From the IMG/VR virus record IMGVR_UViG_3300045988_139374, positions 96,001-160,000 of that record: 64,000 bases of DNA; one strand, given 5' to 3'. The notes beneath the pieces are model-generated. The model worked only from the letters and a program-made list of their open reading frames with translations. It was not told the DNA's origin and ran no database searches. Within the stretch, counting starts at the first letter, position 1, and every line of letters begins with the position of its first letter. Positions 43,170 through 53,183 of this stretch are shown in pieces. This DNA comes from a virus. The position numbers and the translations under genes are program-made.

Positions 43170-43415
43170 ATGCTGCCTAAGATTTCATTGTTTAGTATTA
43201 TTGGAAAAATTGAATGTAAACCAGATGGAATACATTTAATATCTACAGATGCTACTAAATTACAGAAAGTAGATTTTGTAATTTCAATTGAAGACTTGAA
43301 AAAGATTCAAGATTATTATTTTCCCATATTTCTTGAATCTAAGGCTGATTGTCCTAAGTTTATTGAATCTCTAAAGAAGTTTGTAGAAGAGAATAGTAGT
43401 TCTGGAGGAGAATAA
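43170..43415 (+). CDS. Small hypothetical protein
   Basis: Track ORF 43086..43415. The ATG at 43170 follows AAAGGAAAG and removes the overlap with the membrane protein gene. Confidence 0.6.
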   Translation: MLPKISLFSIIGKIECKPDGIHLISTDATKLQKVDFVISIEDLKKIQDYYFPIFLESKADCPKFIESLKKFVEENSSSGGE

Positions 43416-43718
43416 ATGATGGGAATTTATGATATGGCTCAGTATACTATTAATAGTCAATTAGATTCTGTAGTTGATAAAATTAATGATACTAGCGGTT
43501 GGCCTAAAACTGAATATACAATTTCAGATAAAGGTCTTACAGTAAAGACTCCAATGATTGGATATCATAATTCTAATATGTATAAATCTTACGATATTCC
43601 TAAGTATGTTTTTACAGAAGCTATTAAAGCATACTTACCAGAATTAATTCAGACAGATCCAGATATTAGAAATATGATTTCTAGTGTCATTAAGAAAGAA
43701 ATTAGAAAAGCTCGATAA
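43416..43718 (+). CDS. Small hypothetical protein
   Basis: ORF track; GGAGGAGAA upstream. Confidence 0.65.
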   Translation: MMGIYDMAQYTINSQLDSVVDKINDTSGWPKTEYTISDKGLTVKTPMIGYHNSNMYKSYDIPKYVFTEAIKAYLPELIQTDPDIRNMISSVIKKEIRKAR

Positions 43719-43731
43719 AGGATATATCATC

Positions 43732-44889
43732 ATGACTATTGAAGAAGAAATTGCTCAATATAAGCTCAAAGATCAAATCGATAAAGGAACTCTTATCACA
43801 GCACATATCTCCGATCTCCATTTTCCAGTAATGGATCCATATAAGCAATATAGTATTCTAGAGGATCAATTTCTTCAGAAAATAAAAAAGATGCCTAGAC
43901 TAGATCTAGTTTGTGTAAATGGAGATTTATTTGATCACAAAGTTCAGACCTCATCAGATGCTACTTTATATGCATCTATGTTTGTTGGAAGATTAGTAGA
44001 AATTTGTAGATCTCATAATGCTACTTTGATTATTCTTCAAGGTACTATGTCTCATGATTCTAATCAAATTAAAATCTATTATCACTATATGCAGAGAAAA
44101 GATGTCGATGTAAGAATAGTGACTAATATTAGATTTGAAATGGTTAAGAATGCTAGAATTCTTTGCATTCCTGAATTATATGGTGTTCCAGAAGAATACT
44201 ATCAGCATATTTTATTTGGATCTGACTTTTATGATTTGTGTATCATGCATGGTACAATTCATGGAGCAGTATATGGTGATACTGTCGGAAATGGAAGATT
44301 ATTCCATATTGAAGATTTCTTAAATTGTAAAGGTCCTATCATTTCTGGTCATATTCATAAGCCTGGAACATTTAATGATCATTTCTATTATTGCGGATCT
44401 CCATATAGATGGAGGTTCGATGACGATCATGAAAAAGGTTTTATATTAATGACTTATAATCTTAATACAAGATATTATTATCTTGATTATGAAAAGATTA
44501 TTTCAGACACTTATAAAACTATTTATCTTGATCAATTGATTAATAATGATCCAGTAGAAACCATTAACTATATTAAGAATCTAAAACAGACTCAAGGAAT
44601 TGATTATATTAGAATTAAATTCAATAGACCAATTCCAGGGGCTAGTAAAATGGCACTTAATGATTCTTTTAGACTTGATGATTCTGTTACGTTAGAATTC
44701 TATTCTCAGGAATTAGAAATTGCTAAACAAGCAGAGCAGCAAATCAAAGAAGATAATGAAAAAGTGGCATTTTTGTTAGATCCGAAGTTGACAGATGAAC
44801 AGAAATTTGTATTATGGGTTAATTATCTTAAACAAGATGAAACCTATCTTACAGTAGAAGAATTAGAAGCGTTATTGAAGAAGGAATGA
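43732..44889 (+). CDS. sbcD: Mre11/SbcD-like metallophosphoesterase nuclease
   Basis: Track ORF 43684..44889. The ATG at 43732 follows AAAGGA. Calcineurin-like motifs appear in order: HISDLHF, NGDLFDH, QGTMSHD, IMHGTIHG, SGHIHKP. Confidence 0.7.
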   Translation: MTIEEEIAQYKLKDQIDKGTLITAHISDLHFPVMDPYKQYSILEDQFLQKIKKMPRLDLVCVNGDLFDHKVQTSSDATLYASMFVGRLVEICRSHNATLIILQGTMSHDSNQIKIYYHYMQRKDVDVRIVTNIRFEMVKNARILCIPELYGVPEEYYQHILFGSDFYDLCIMHGTIHGAVYGDTVGNGRLFHIEDFLNCKGPIISGHIHKPGTFNDHFYYCGSPYRWRFDDDHEKGFILMTYNLNTRYYYLDYEKIISDTYKTIYLDQLINNDPVETINYIKNLKQTQGIDYIRIKFNRPIPGASKMALNDSFRLDDSVTLEFYSQELEIAKQAEQQIKEDNEKVAFLLDPKLTDEQKFVLWVNYLKQDETYLTVEELEALLKKE

Positions 44890-45131
44890 TTATGGATATT
44901 GATAGAAAAGATTATAAAGGAACACCCATTGGATATCCAATGGGTAATAGTATCAAGAAAGAAGATGAATTATACGGCAAAAAATATCCAAATGCATATC
45001 CTCATTATGATGACGATAATTTTTATCTTCCCATGGTAATAGGAAAAAGCAATGTAGTATATTTAACAATCGATAAGTATTGTATCATGGATGCTCTTAA
45101 ACATTGGAAATTTATAAAAGAGGATGAATAA
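44886..45131 (+). CDS. Small protein, member 1 of a tandem triplet (I[DN]K[YH]CIMDAL[KE][HY]W motif)
   Basis: ORF track. ATGA overlap with the nuclease gene stop. Confidence 0.65.
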   Translation: MIMDIDRKDYKGTPIGYPMGNSIKKEDELYGKKYPNAYPHYDDDNFYLPMVIGKSNVVYLTIDKYCIMDALKHWKFIKEDE

Positions 45132-45366
45132 TGATATGAATTATTATAAAACTCCTGATGAATATCCATCATCTGAAATAATAAGACAAGCAGATCTGAT
45201 TGGAACTCCATATCCTTCAGCTCATGCCCAGTATGATGATAATTATCTCTATATTCCGATTTTTATTGGTAAAGGAGTTGCCTATCTTAAAATAGATAAG
45301 CATTGTATTATGGATGCTCTTGAACATTGGGAATCGATGGAAGAAGGTGAATCTAATGGACAATGA
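45124..45366 (+). CDS. Small protein, member 2 of the tandem triplet
   Basis: ORF track; AAGAGGATGA upstream. YLKIDKHCIMDALEHW. Confidence 0.65.
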   Translation: MNNDMNYYKTPDEYPSSEIIRQADLIGTPYPSAHAQYDDNYLYIPIFIGKGVAYLKIDKHCIMDALEHWESMEEGESNGQ

Positions 45367-45763
45367 AAAAGTAGAAATTTCAAGAGAAGATTATCATAAA
45401 ACTCCTGATAATTTTCCACTAATTCGTATTCTTAATAATAATTCTAATTGCAAAACTGAAGATACAATGGCATATCCATGTTACGATGACAATAATTTGT
45501 ATTTACCACTTGGTATGTATTCTGGTAATAATACAAAAGGGAATATTACATATTATATGGAGATTAACAAACATTGTATCATGGATGCTCTTGAATATTG
45601 GAAATCTATTAAAGAGCATGAAGATGACGATATTCAATATTTTAGACATACTACTATTATTGAAGCTGCAAATATTGGATTTGACAATATGATTGTCAAA
45701 GGTGTTCTTGCTTTAAACAATAGAGAATATAAAGAAGAAAAGGAGATTAGTGATGATGAATGA
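45356..45763 (+). CDS. Small protein, member 3 of the tandem triplet (with C-terminal extension)
   Basis: Track ORF 45314..45763. The ATG at 45356 follows GAAGGTGA. YMEINKHCIMDALEYW. Confidence 0.6.
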   Translation: MDNEKVEISREDYHKTPDNFPLIRILNNNSNCKTEDTMAYPCYDDNNLYLPLGMYSGNNTKGNITYYMEINKHCIMDALEYWKSIKEHEDDDIQYFRHTTIIEAANIGFDNMIVKGVLALNNREYKEEKEISDDE

Positions 45764-46214
45764 AGAAAACAATATGGTGGCTAACAACGATACTGCCAAT
45801 GAAAATGGATTTGTGGAAAATGAGACTGGAAATAGTAATCCTGAATCTGAGGTTAACAAGGAGCAAAACGAGAACGGAAATACTGAAGCTTCAAATAGCA
45901 ATTCTGAAGAAGCAGGCGGAGCACCGTTAACGAATGATGAGATTAGAGAGCTTATGAAGCATGGTGGAGGATTTAATAATGGAATGAATCCTGAAGTTCT
46001 TAATAGACTTATGAATCAGCCTGGTCCCGATACTAAAGCTCTTCTTGAAAGAATTTCTGATGTATTAAAGATTCAAGATGAAAATATTGGTAAAGCCTTT
46101 ACTAAGATTAATGACCTTGAACTGAAAGTATCTTCTCTTATGGTCACTAATAAATTTACTACTATTATTGCTATTGCTTCTATTATCGTATCTATTGTTG
46201 CTATTATTCTGTAA
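45750..46214 (+). CDS. Tail-anchored membrane protein (N/E-rich N-terminus, C-terminal TM)
   Basis: ORF track. C-terminus FTTIIAIASIIVSIVAIIL. Confidence 0.65.
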   Translation: MMMNEENNMVANNDTANENGFVENETGNSNPESEVNKEQNENGNTEASNSNSEEAGGAPLTNDEIRELMKHGGGFNNGMNPEVLNRLMNQPGPDTKALLERISDVLKIQDENIGKAFTKINDLELKVSSLMVTNKFTTIIAIASIIVSIVAIIL

Positions 46215-46226
46215 AGGAGAATAGCT

Positions 46227-46565
46227 ATGAGATTTATAGGTATAGAATTTGATAATAAAGTAAATAATACTCATGTAGAAGGATATGCTATTATTCCTGA
46301 GAGTTTAAGTTCTATTTGGCAAGTAGGATTTAGAAAGTATTTATTCAATACTTATAAAGCTCAGAATATTAGTATTTATAATCTAAATGTAGCTTCTGGA
46401 GTAAATGCTACAGACTATATGCTTAGTCTAAGAGGAAAGACTAATCTAGAAGAAGATCTAGATAAAGCTATTACTTGTACTAAAGCATTTCCTAGAAATG
46501 ATGAAAATGATTCTCTTAGAAGGCAATGGCAATCAATGTATTCTTTAAATCATAAATATATTTGA
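46227..46565 (+). CDS. Hypothetical protein
   Basis: ORF track; AAAGGAGAA upstream. Confidence 0.65.
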   Translation: MRFIGIEFDNKVNNTHVEGYAIIPESLSSIWQVGFRKYLFNTYKAQNISIYNLNVASGVNATDYMLSLRGKTNLEEDLDKAITCTKAFPRNDENDSLRRQWQSMYSLNHKYI

Positions 46566-46648
46566 AATAATTCTTTTAAGATTTTGGGTTTCTATTTTGA
46601 TCAAAACTACCAAGTACTAAATCAAAATAGCAACGGAGAAATTGTGTT

Positions 46649-48571
46649 ATGAATATCAGTAGAAAGATTAATAATAATACTCGTTCCGTTAAATCAAATA
46701 CAGAGTCTATTAAGCCTCTATTCGATATCAAAACTCTAGAATTCTATTGTAGATATGTAATCTCAATGAATCAGAATATTAGAATTAGTAATCTAAATCT
46801 AATTAGAGATCTTTTTGATAGAGTGGATGAAAATCAATATGGAAATGATATTGATCGTATTACTCGTATTAGATTTATCAAACGAGGGTTAGATGCAAGA
46901 ATTTCTAAGAAATTAACTAATAAAGATATGATCATTCAATATATCAATGGTGGTATTGGAGATAAACCTTTATTAGATGCTTCTACATTAGAAGAAATTT
47001 CTGATGAAGATCTTGCATATCTTAATGAACAAGCAAATGAACTTGTAAAATCATATTTTGTTGATGAAAGATATGATGAAATTCTTAATTTAGCAGCAAA
47101 TCTTCACAATGCAAATTATGGAAGAAGATCTGATGTTGTTAATCAGATTCAACAGCTTACTGCAGATTTAAATATGCAGTTTAATAAGATGGATGAATCT
47201 ATTAGCCAATCCCAGATGTTTAGCCTATTGCCCCAAGAATTCGAAAGTGTAATGTCTGACATTCATGCAAGACAGACAAGTCCTTCAAGAGTTCTTCGAA
47301 CTGGTATGACTGGATTAAATGCAATGCTAGATGGAGGATTTCAAGCAGATAGAGTCTATATCATTTTTGCACAAGCTGCTGGTGGTAAATCTTTTACTAT
47401 GCTTGATCTTGCGATGCAAATTAAGAAATATAATAAAGATTATATTCCTCATGATCCTACCAAGATTCCTACTATTGTATTTCTTACTATGGAAAACTCA
47501 GAAGATGAAAATATTGGAAGAATGTTAAGTATGGTCTCTGATGGTAAAACATTTGGAGATTGTTCTCTTGAAGATTCTATTAATATTTTTAGAACTAGTG
47601 GATTGGGATATGATAAAGATACTGATCCAATCGATATAGTAATGATTTATAAGCCTAATCTGTCTGTAAATACAGATTATATGTACACATTGACAGATAA
47701 GCTTAGAGAGTCTGGTAGAGAACCAATATGTTTTTTCCAGGATCATATTAAAAGAATTAGACCAGTTAATAAGAGAAATGATATTAGACTTGACTTAGGT
47801 GAAGTTGTAAATGAATTCAAAGCTTTTGCAACTGCTACTAATATTCCTGTTATTACTGACTCTCATTTGAACAGAGATGCATCTAAAGTTCTAGATGACA
47901 ATTCTGGCTCAAATAAAAAAGATCTTATCAGATCTCTTGGTAGTTTTAATGTATCAGAATCTTATTTGATGATTGATAACTGTGATCTTGGTATTATTAT
48001 CAATAAAGAGAATGATTCTCATGATAATCTCTATATGGGATTTAAGTGTATTAAGACTAGAACTAAGTGTACTCTTGATTTATTTTATCAGCCATATATG
48101 ATGACTAATGAAATTAAATTAGTAGAAGATCTTTATTCTCCGGTACCTTCTTTTAAGAGACAACTCAAGGAAGATAAGAATACTGGTATGAAGATTTCTA
48201 AGAGAGTTAATAGATCTGATGACGATGATTTGTTTAGTTTGAATACTATCTCTGATAATATGGAACCTGGGAGAAAAGTAGATCCTGGTATTGGAGCAGT
48301 TCCTGTAGATCCGAGTAGTATTCTTTATCCTAGAAATGAAAATCAGAGTCAGTTTGTTACTTCTGGTATGCCATCTGAACCTGTATTGCCAATGCCAGCA
48401 ATGATTCCTGATGCATTTGCAAATACTAGTCCTATTAAGAGTGATCCTTGGGAAACTGAATTAATTAGTAGAAGTATTATTAATAGCGGTCTTGATAAAC
48501 CAGCCATTAGATTCTTAGATGATGATGGTGTATCTATTAATAATGGTTTACTTCCTTATGAACCTAAATAA
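46649..48571 (+). CDS. dnaB: DnaB-family (T4 gp41-like) replicative helicase-like protein with long C-terminal tail
   Basis: TGMTGLNAMLDGGFQADRVYIIFAQAAGGKSFTMLDLA (Walker A), VFLTMENSEDENIGRM, FFQDHIKRIRP, ITDSHLNRDASK. These match the DnaB pattern TG...LD...G...GKT, SLEMS, DYLQL, SQLNR. Confidence 0.65.
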   Translation: MNISRKINNNTRSVKSNTESIKPLFDIKTLEFYCRYVISMNQNIRISNLNLIRDLFDRVDENQYGNDIDRITRIRFIKRGLDARISKKLTNKDMIIQYINGGIGDKPLLDASTLEEISDEDLAYLNEQANELVKSYFVDERYDEILNLAANLHNANYGRRSDVVNQIQQLTADLNMQFNKMDESISQSQMFSLLPQEFESVMSDIHARQTSPSRVLRTGMTGLNAMLDGGFQADRVYIIFAQAAGGKSFTMLDLAMQIKKYNKDYIPHDPTKIPTIVFLTMENSEDENIGRMLSMVSDGKTFGDCSLEDSINIFRTSGLGYDKDTDPIDIVMIYKPNLSVNTDYMYTLTDKLRESGREPICFFQDHIKRIRPVNKRNDIRLDLGEVVNEFKAFATATNIPVITDSHLNRDASKVLDDNSGSNKKDLIRSLGSFNVSESYLMIDNCDLGIIINKENDSHDNLYMGFKCIKTRTKCTLDLFYQPYMMTNEIKLVEDLYSPVPSFKRQLKEDKNTGMKISKRVNRSDDDDLFSLNTISDNMEPGRKVDPGIGAVPVDPSSILYPRNENQSQFVTSGMPSEPVLPMPAMIPDAFANTSPIKSDPWETELISRSIINSGLDKPAIRFLDDDGVSINNGLLPYEPK

Positions 48572-48580
48572 AGAATAAAT

Positions 48581-48611
48581 AATGTAGTAGGGACAAAATC
48601 CCTACTACATT
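48581..48611. terminator. Bidirectional terminator between convergent genes
   Basis: Stem AATGTAGTAGGGA/TCCCTACTACATT with loop CAAAA. T-rich sequence lies downstream on both strands. Confidence 0.75.
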
Positions 48612-48623
48612 AAATTTTATTTT

Positions 48624-49097
48624 TTAAACATTCCAAACTTCATTTCCGTCATTATTCTTAAAATCAATTTTAAGTTTATTTCTATTATTGTTTATATAGT
48701 CTTCATTTACTGCTTGAATTCTATTAAGAATAGTGGACAGTTGACCAGGATCTATTACTTTTACTTTATCAAAATCGAATTCTTTAGGATCGATGATTCC
48801 ATTCATCATCATTACTAAAAATTGAGATTCCGTAGATCCATATACATCATAAGCGAATAGCCATGGCTTATACTTGTATTTTGCTTTCTCTCTAGCATTT
48901 AAAGCAATAGTAGTAGATATGTCTTGTAATTCATCTTCATAATCATATAGAAGATTAGTAATAAACATATCAAATCCATGTAGATATTCTACGATAGAGT
49001 AATTGTAATAGGTTACATCATCTGTAGTTCTAATAGCAATAAACTCTTGAACAGTAATAGTTTTATCTGCAGAACCTGCATATCCTACATTAGCCAT
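48624..49097 (-). CDS. Hypothetical protein (leftward islet)
   Basis: ORF track; GAGGAG upstream. Confidence 0.65.
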   Translation of the reverse strand: MANVGYAGSADKTITVQEFIAIRTTDDVTYYNYSIVEYLHGFDMFITNLLYDYEDELQDISTTIALNAREKAKYKYKPWLFAYDVYGSTESQFLVMMMNGIIDPKEFDFDKVKVIDPGQLSTILNRIQAVNEDYINNNRNKLKIDFKNNDGNEVWNV

Positions 49098-49103
49098 TTA
49101 TTA

Positions 49104-49505
49104 TCACTCCTCTACACCAATAATTCTAGGAGTATCAATATTACCACCCATATTTACTACAATAAATTTTGTTCCTGAAGTATATTGCTTTCTATATACT
49201 AATTGTTTAGGCTCACATGTCATTATTCCACCAACAGCATCAGGAGTTGTTATTTTAACAGTTTTAATTCCATCAGGTTGATAATCTCCATAAGGCATAA
49301 TATAGAAGAAAAATTTAGGAACAGTAAGTTCTATTGTATTTTCACCTTTGATCTTTGATTCTCCATTAGGATTTACATAATCAAGTTTAAATTTACCTTT
49401 AGGATTATCAAAAGAAACAGTTCCTTGTAGAATTGCATAATGCGCTCCATATAGCAATTCTGGACTGTTTGCATAAGAGTTAGGATTCATATTGTTTGCA
49501 TTCAT
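49104..49505 (-). CDS. Hypothetical protein (leftward islet)
   Basis: ORF track; AAAGGAG upstream. Confidence 0.65.
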   Translation of the reverse strand: MNANNMNPNSYANSPELLYGAHYAILQGTVSFDNPKGKFKLDYVNPNGESKIKGENTIELTVPKFFFYIMPYGDYQPDGIKTVKITTPDAVGGIMTCEPKQLVYRKQYTSGTKFIVVNMGGNIDTPRIIGVEE

Positions 49506-49557
49506 ATTATCACTCCTTTTATATATGAGTTTTTAAGCGCTAAAAATACCCATAAGT

Positions 49558-49573
49558 AGATATTATAAATATG
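49558..49573 (+). promoter_or_regulatory. Promoter-like 16-mer AGATATTATAAATATG (site e)
   Basis: Identical to site c. Lies 43 nt upstream of the ATG at 49616, on the same strand. Confidence 0.45.
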
Positions 49574-49615
49574 ATCAATAGGTATTGGTCTATATATTTT
49601 TTGGAGGTTTTAATT

Positions 49616-50110
49616 ATGTTCGATCGAAATGAAAGTGTCAATGTAACTCGTAAATTCCTTATTGCTCTTGGCATGGAGCTTCAGCCTAGTACTAATACTC
49701 TTGTAGATCAGGAGACTAAGAGCCCTATTTACTTTGAGGGAAAAATTGTAAAAGCAAATAATGATCCTGATAAAGCATTGTATATCTCTGATTACGATGT
49801 AAAACTTGATCCTTTGGATCCTAAGTGTACAAAGATTGTTGAAAGACTCTTTGGAAAGTTTCTTGATGATAATAGTTCTCCTGAGATGCAAAACATTCCT
49901 GAAGTATTAGCATATTTCTTTGATAAAAATGAAGAAGATAGATTGTATCGTTTGAATATTAAGTATGAAGACGGTACTAAATGGATTGGAAATTGGTTCC
50001 TTAATAAGATTCTTTGCTATTTGGAAGCTATCTTTAGTATTGATGGAACATTTGATGATATCGATTTAAAGATCTACGATGTAGATCAAGATGAAGAGGA
50101 GAATAAATGA
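49616..50110 (+). CDS. Hypothetical protein
   Basis: Track ORF 49571..50110. The ATG at 49616 follows TGGAGG. The track start at 49571 sits inside the promoter-like motif. Confidence 0.65.
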   Translation: MFDRNESVNVTRKFLIALGMELQPSTNTLVDQETKSPIYFEGKIVKANNDPDKALYISDYDVKLDPLDPKCTKIVERLFGKFLDDNSSPEMQNIPEVLAYFFDKNEEDRLYRLNIKYEDGTKWIGNWFLNKILCYLEAIFSIDGTFDDIDLKIYDVDQDEEENK

Positions 50111-51315
50111 TAGTTTTAAATAAAGAACAGGAAGAAGCTGCTAATAGAGCAGTATATTGGTTTCATTATTCATCACAACAATACTTTTCTATTGTGGGAT
50201 ATGCGGGAACTGGTAAAAGTGTAGTTATTTCTGAGATTATTAGAAGATTAAGACTTAAACCAGAAGAAGTATTACCCATAGCTTATACTGGACAAGCATG
50301 TACAATTATGCGAACAAAAGGATTTGTTAATGCTTGTACTTGTCATGCTGGATTATTTAATCCTGTAAAAGTACCAATGAAAGATAATTTGGGCCATGTA
50401 ATTATAGATAAGCAATTTAATACTCCTAAAACTACATGGAGTTATATTCCAAAAAGTTTTAGTGGAACAAAGATTAAATTGATTGTTCTAGATGAAGCAT
50501 GGATGGCACCTGAATTTATTAGAAAAGTATTAGACGATACGGGAATCAAAGTACTAGCTGCTGGAGATCCAGGACAGTTGCCTCCAATAGGTGGCAAACC
50601 TGCATTCTTAATGGATGGAATCATTTGTAGACTTACTGAACTAATGAGGCAATCAGAAAATTCTCCTATTGTTTATCTTGCCAATAGAGCAAGAAATGGA
50701 GAACCAATTTGCCCAGGAGTTTATGGAAATTCTGTATTCGTTATCTTTGATGATGAATTGAATAATGAAATATTATCTAGATCTCATATAGTAATTTGTG
50801 CAAAAAATGCTACTAGAGATTATCTAAATAATAGAGTAAGACATGAGATTCTTCACAAATTTTCTAATTATCCAGATTATGGTGAGCGTATAATTTGTAG
50901 ACACAATAACTGGGATAAATCTGTTGGAAATATTCCATTAGTAAATGGATTAGTAGGAACAGTGATTTCTCTTCCAGATGTAAGTAGAGTAGATAAAGAT
51001 ACTTTAAAATTAGATTTCTTACCAGATCTTACTAATGAAAAATTTAGTAATCTAGAAATCAATATAAAGTATTTAAATATGGCTTACAAAGATAGAGAAT
51101 TCTATTCTAGAAATCCATATTTTCAGGGTGAACAATTCGAATATGCATATGCTTCTACGGTACATTTAGCACAAGGATCTGAATATCTTTGCGGCACTTA
51201 TATTGAAGAAGCAATGAATCCTCAATTGGTAAAAGCAGCGAATTATACAGCTATTACAAGATTTAAACAACAGATGGTATATGTTATGCATAAACCTAAA
51301 TTCTGGAGCATATAA
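50107..51315 (+). CDS. SF1B helicase, Dda/RecD-like
   Basis: GYAGTGKS (Walker A), LIVLDEAWM (Walker B), AAGDPGQLPPIGG, LTELMRQ, ASTVHLAQGSEY. ATGA overlap with the upstream stop. Confidence 0.75.
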   Translation: MIVLNKEQEEAANRAVYWFHYSSQQYFSIVGYAGTGKSVVISEIIRRLRLKPEEVLPIAYTGQACTIMRTKGFVNACTCHAGLFNPVKVPMKDNLGHVIIDKQFNTPKTTWSYIPKSFSGTKIKLIVLDEAWMAPEFIRKVLDDTGIKVLAAGDPGQLPPIGGKPAFLMDGIICRLTELMRQSENSPIVYLANRARNGEPICPGVYGNSVFVIFDDELNNEILSRSHIVICAKNATRDYLNNRVRHEILHKFSNYPDYGERIICRHNNWDKSVGNIPLVNGLVGTVISLPDVSRVDKDTLKLDFLPDLTNEKFSNLEINIKYLNMAYKDREFYSRNPYFQGEQFEYAYASTVHLAQGSEYLCGTYIEEAMNPQLVKAANYTAITRFKQQMVYVMHKPKFWSI

Positions 51316-51329
51316 AAGGAGAATAAAAT

Positions 51330-51812
51330 ATGTATCAACAGTATCCTGATATGTATGTATTTAATCCTGGAGGAGTAACTTCTATTCCTTCTACAATGGT
51401 TAGTACAAATATTTTACACCCGGAACTTGTAGGTAATCTTAATAGAGACAATACTGGTGTATTATGGATGACTCTGATGTATAAATCAGGAGTCAGATCT
51501 TATGTTCTAAGCTATAATATCATGAATGTTTTCATGTATGCTTATAGTAATAAGAACTCTGATAAAAAGTTTGTTACTTTTATTCTTGGAAATCGTAGAA
51601 TAAATGTAAAGTATAGTGATATTAGAGGATATAAGTTACTCGATAAACTTACTATGCTTGGAGTTGAATTTGCTATTGATGCTCCTAAGAATAAGAAAGC
51701 AGATACTTTAAATACCTTAGTAATTAAATCTATTCTTCAAAATGGATTCATTACTTTGGATGATGATACTTTTAAATCTGAATACAAAAAGGAGGATGTT
51801 GAATTTGTATAA
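51330..51812 (+). CDS. Hypothetical protein
   Basis: ORF track; AAAGGAGAA upstream. Confidence 0.65.
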   Translation: MYQQYPDMYVFNPGGVTSIPSTMVSTNILHPELVGNLNRDNTGVLWMTLMYKSGVRSYVLSYNIMNVFMYAYSNKNSDKKFVTFILGNRRINVKYSDIRGYKLLDKLTMLGVEFAIDAPKNKKADTLNTLVIKSILQNGFITLDDDTFKSEYKKEDVEFV

Positions 51813-51813
51813 C

Positions 51814-52266
51814 ATGGATTCAGATGAAGATTTAATGAGAATCATTCAGCAAGTAGAAGAAGAAAACGGCGCTACTCTAGCAATGGCAATTCCTGCCGTT
51901 ACCTTTGATGACGATCCTGACGAAAAGATATATATTCTTCTCCTTACAACATATGATTCAGAATATAATTCTAGAGATTGGTCTGTTAGTAAGGGCAGAC
52001 AGAACACTTATAACTATCTCAAAGGATTAATCAAGGACGAAATAATCGATCCTAATCTATCTTTTATTATTGTATGTGATACAGATACTACAAATCCTAT
52101 TAAGCCTAATGCTGTTCCTAATTCTAAACCTATTACAGTATTTAGATTTATGAAAGTTATGCTTGATAATATGAAGGTAATCGATGATATGGATGGATTC
52201 GATATCAATGATTTTAATCCATCTGAACAAGTAGGAGATAAAACTATTCTTGAGGAGATATTATAA
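51814..52266 (+). CDS. Hypothetical protein
   Basis: Track ORF 51742..52266. The ATG at 51814 lies 1 nt after the upstream stop, suggesting coupled translation. Confidence 0.55.
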   Translation: MDSDEDLMRIIQQVEEENGATLAMAIPAVTFDDDPDEKIYILLLTTYDSEYNSRDWSVSKGRQNTYNYLKGLIKDEIIDPNLSFIIVCDTDTTNPIKPNAVPNSKPITVFRFMKVMLDNMKVIDDMDGFDINDFNPSEQVGDKTILEEIL

Positions 52267-52296
52267 TAATAGAAAGGCATGAAAGGAGTAAATATT

Positions 52297-53169
52297 ATGT
52301 CTTATTTTGCACCAAATTATAATGTATATCAAGCGCTAGTGAATGGATCGTTACCTGTAATTAACGATAATGAATCCAAAGTAAGTATTCCTGAGAGTTT
52401 TAATCTTCCCACTTATGCTACTCAGGAAAAGAAATCTGTAGCTCCTAATTTCAAATCTGCAATTATCGAAGAGAAACCTATTACTGAAGCTTCTATTGAT
52501 TTTTCTAGTCTTGTGTCAAATGTTCCTATGGAGGATTATGTAAGACAACAGTTTGAGATCTCTCCTGTAAATGATCCTCATGATGTTATTGTCTATAATC
52601 AAATTCCTCAGGTGCCCGTTGCAGGCTCACTTATTAATAATCCCATTCCTGACAGTATCTGTAATGGTAGAAAAATGTCTAACTGGTTTACTAGAATGAT
52701 TGATCAGCGAGGCGAGGATTTCATTACTATTGGAAAAATTTCCGTAGATGAAGTTGGTAAGAATGTAGATAAAATTATTGATGATATCATTGCTGGCAGA
52801 GTAGATTTCTCTAAGCATGGTAAATATATTATTGAACCTATCATCATTGATACGATTCTTGATTATTGTGCTAATAAGGTTAATCTTAATACTGCTAATC
52901 TTTATACTCAGAATTATTTCTATTCTGATTATGTCAATCGTATTAAGTATATGCAAACAGATCCTGAAAGATTTGGTATTCTGAATACCAATGATAATAT
53001 GATTAGAAATATTGTGAGATCCATGAGCATGGCTGATCGGGATATTGGTATTTATACGATTCTGTATAACAAGTTTATGACTGTTAAGAATACTAAGAAT
53101 GCAATGGTTCTTATTAGTCTTAACAGCGAGCTTAATGCTTATAGAAAACTTGCTAAAAATAATAAATAA
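52297..53169 (+). CDS. Hypothetical protein
   Basis: Track ORF 52279..53169. The ATG at 52297 follows AAAGGAG. Confidence 0.65.
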   Translation: MSYFAPNYNVYQALVNGSLPVINDNESKVSIPESFNLPTYATQEKKSVAPNFKSAIIEEKPITEASIDFSSLVSNVPMEDYVRQQFEISPVNDPHDVIVYNQIPQVPVAGSLINNPIPDSICNGRKMSNWFTRMIDQRGEDFITIGKISVDEVGKNVDKIIDDIIAGRVDFSKHGKYIIEPIIIDTILDYCANKVNLNTANLYTQNYFYSDYVNRIKYMQTDPERFGILNTNDNMIRNIVRSMSMADRDIGIYTILYNKFMTVKNTKNAMVLISLNSELNAYRKLAKNNK

Positions 53170-53183
53170 AGGAGATAATTTAT

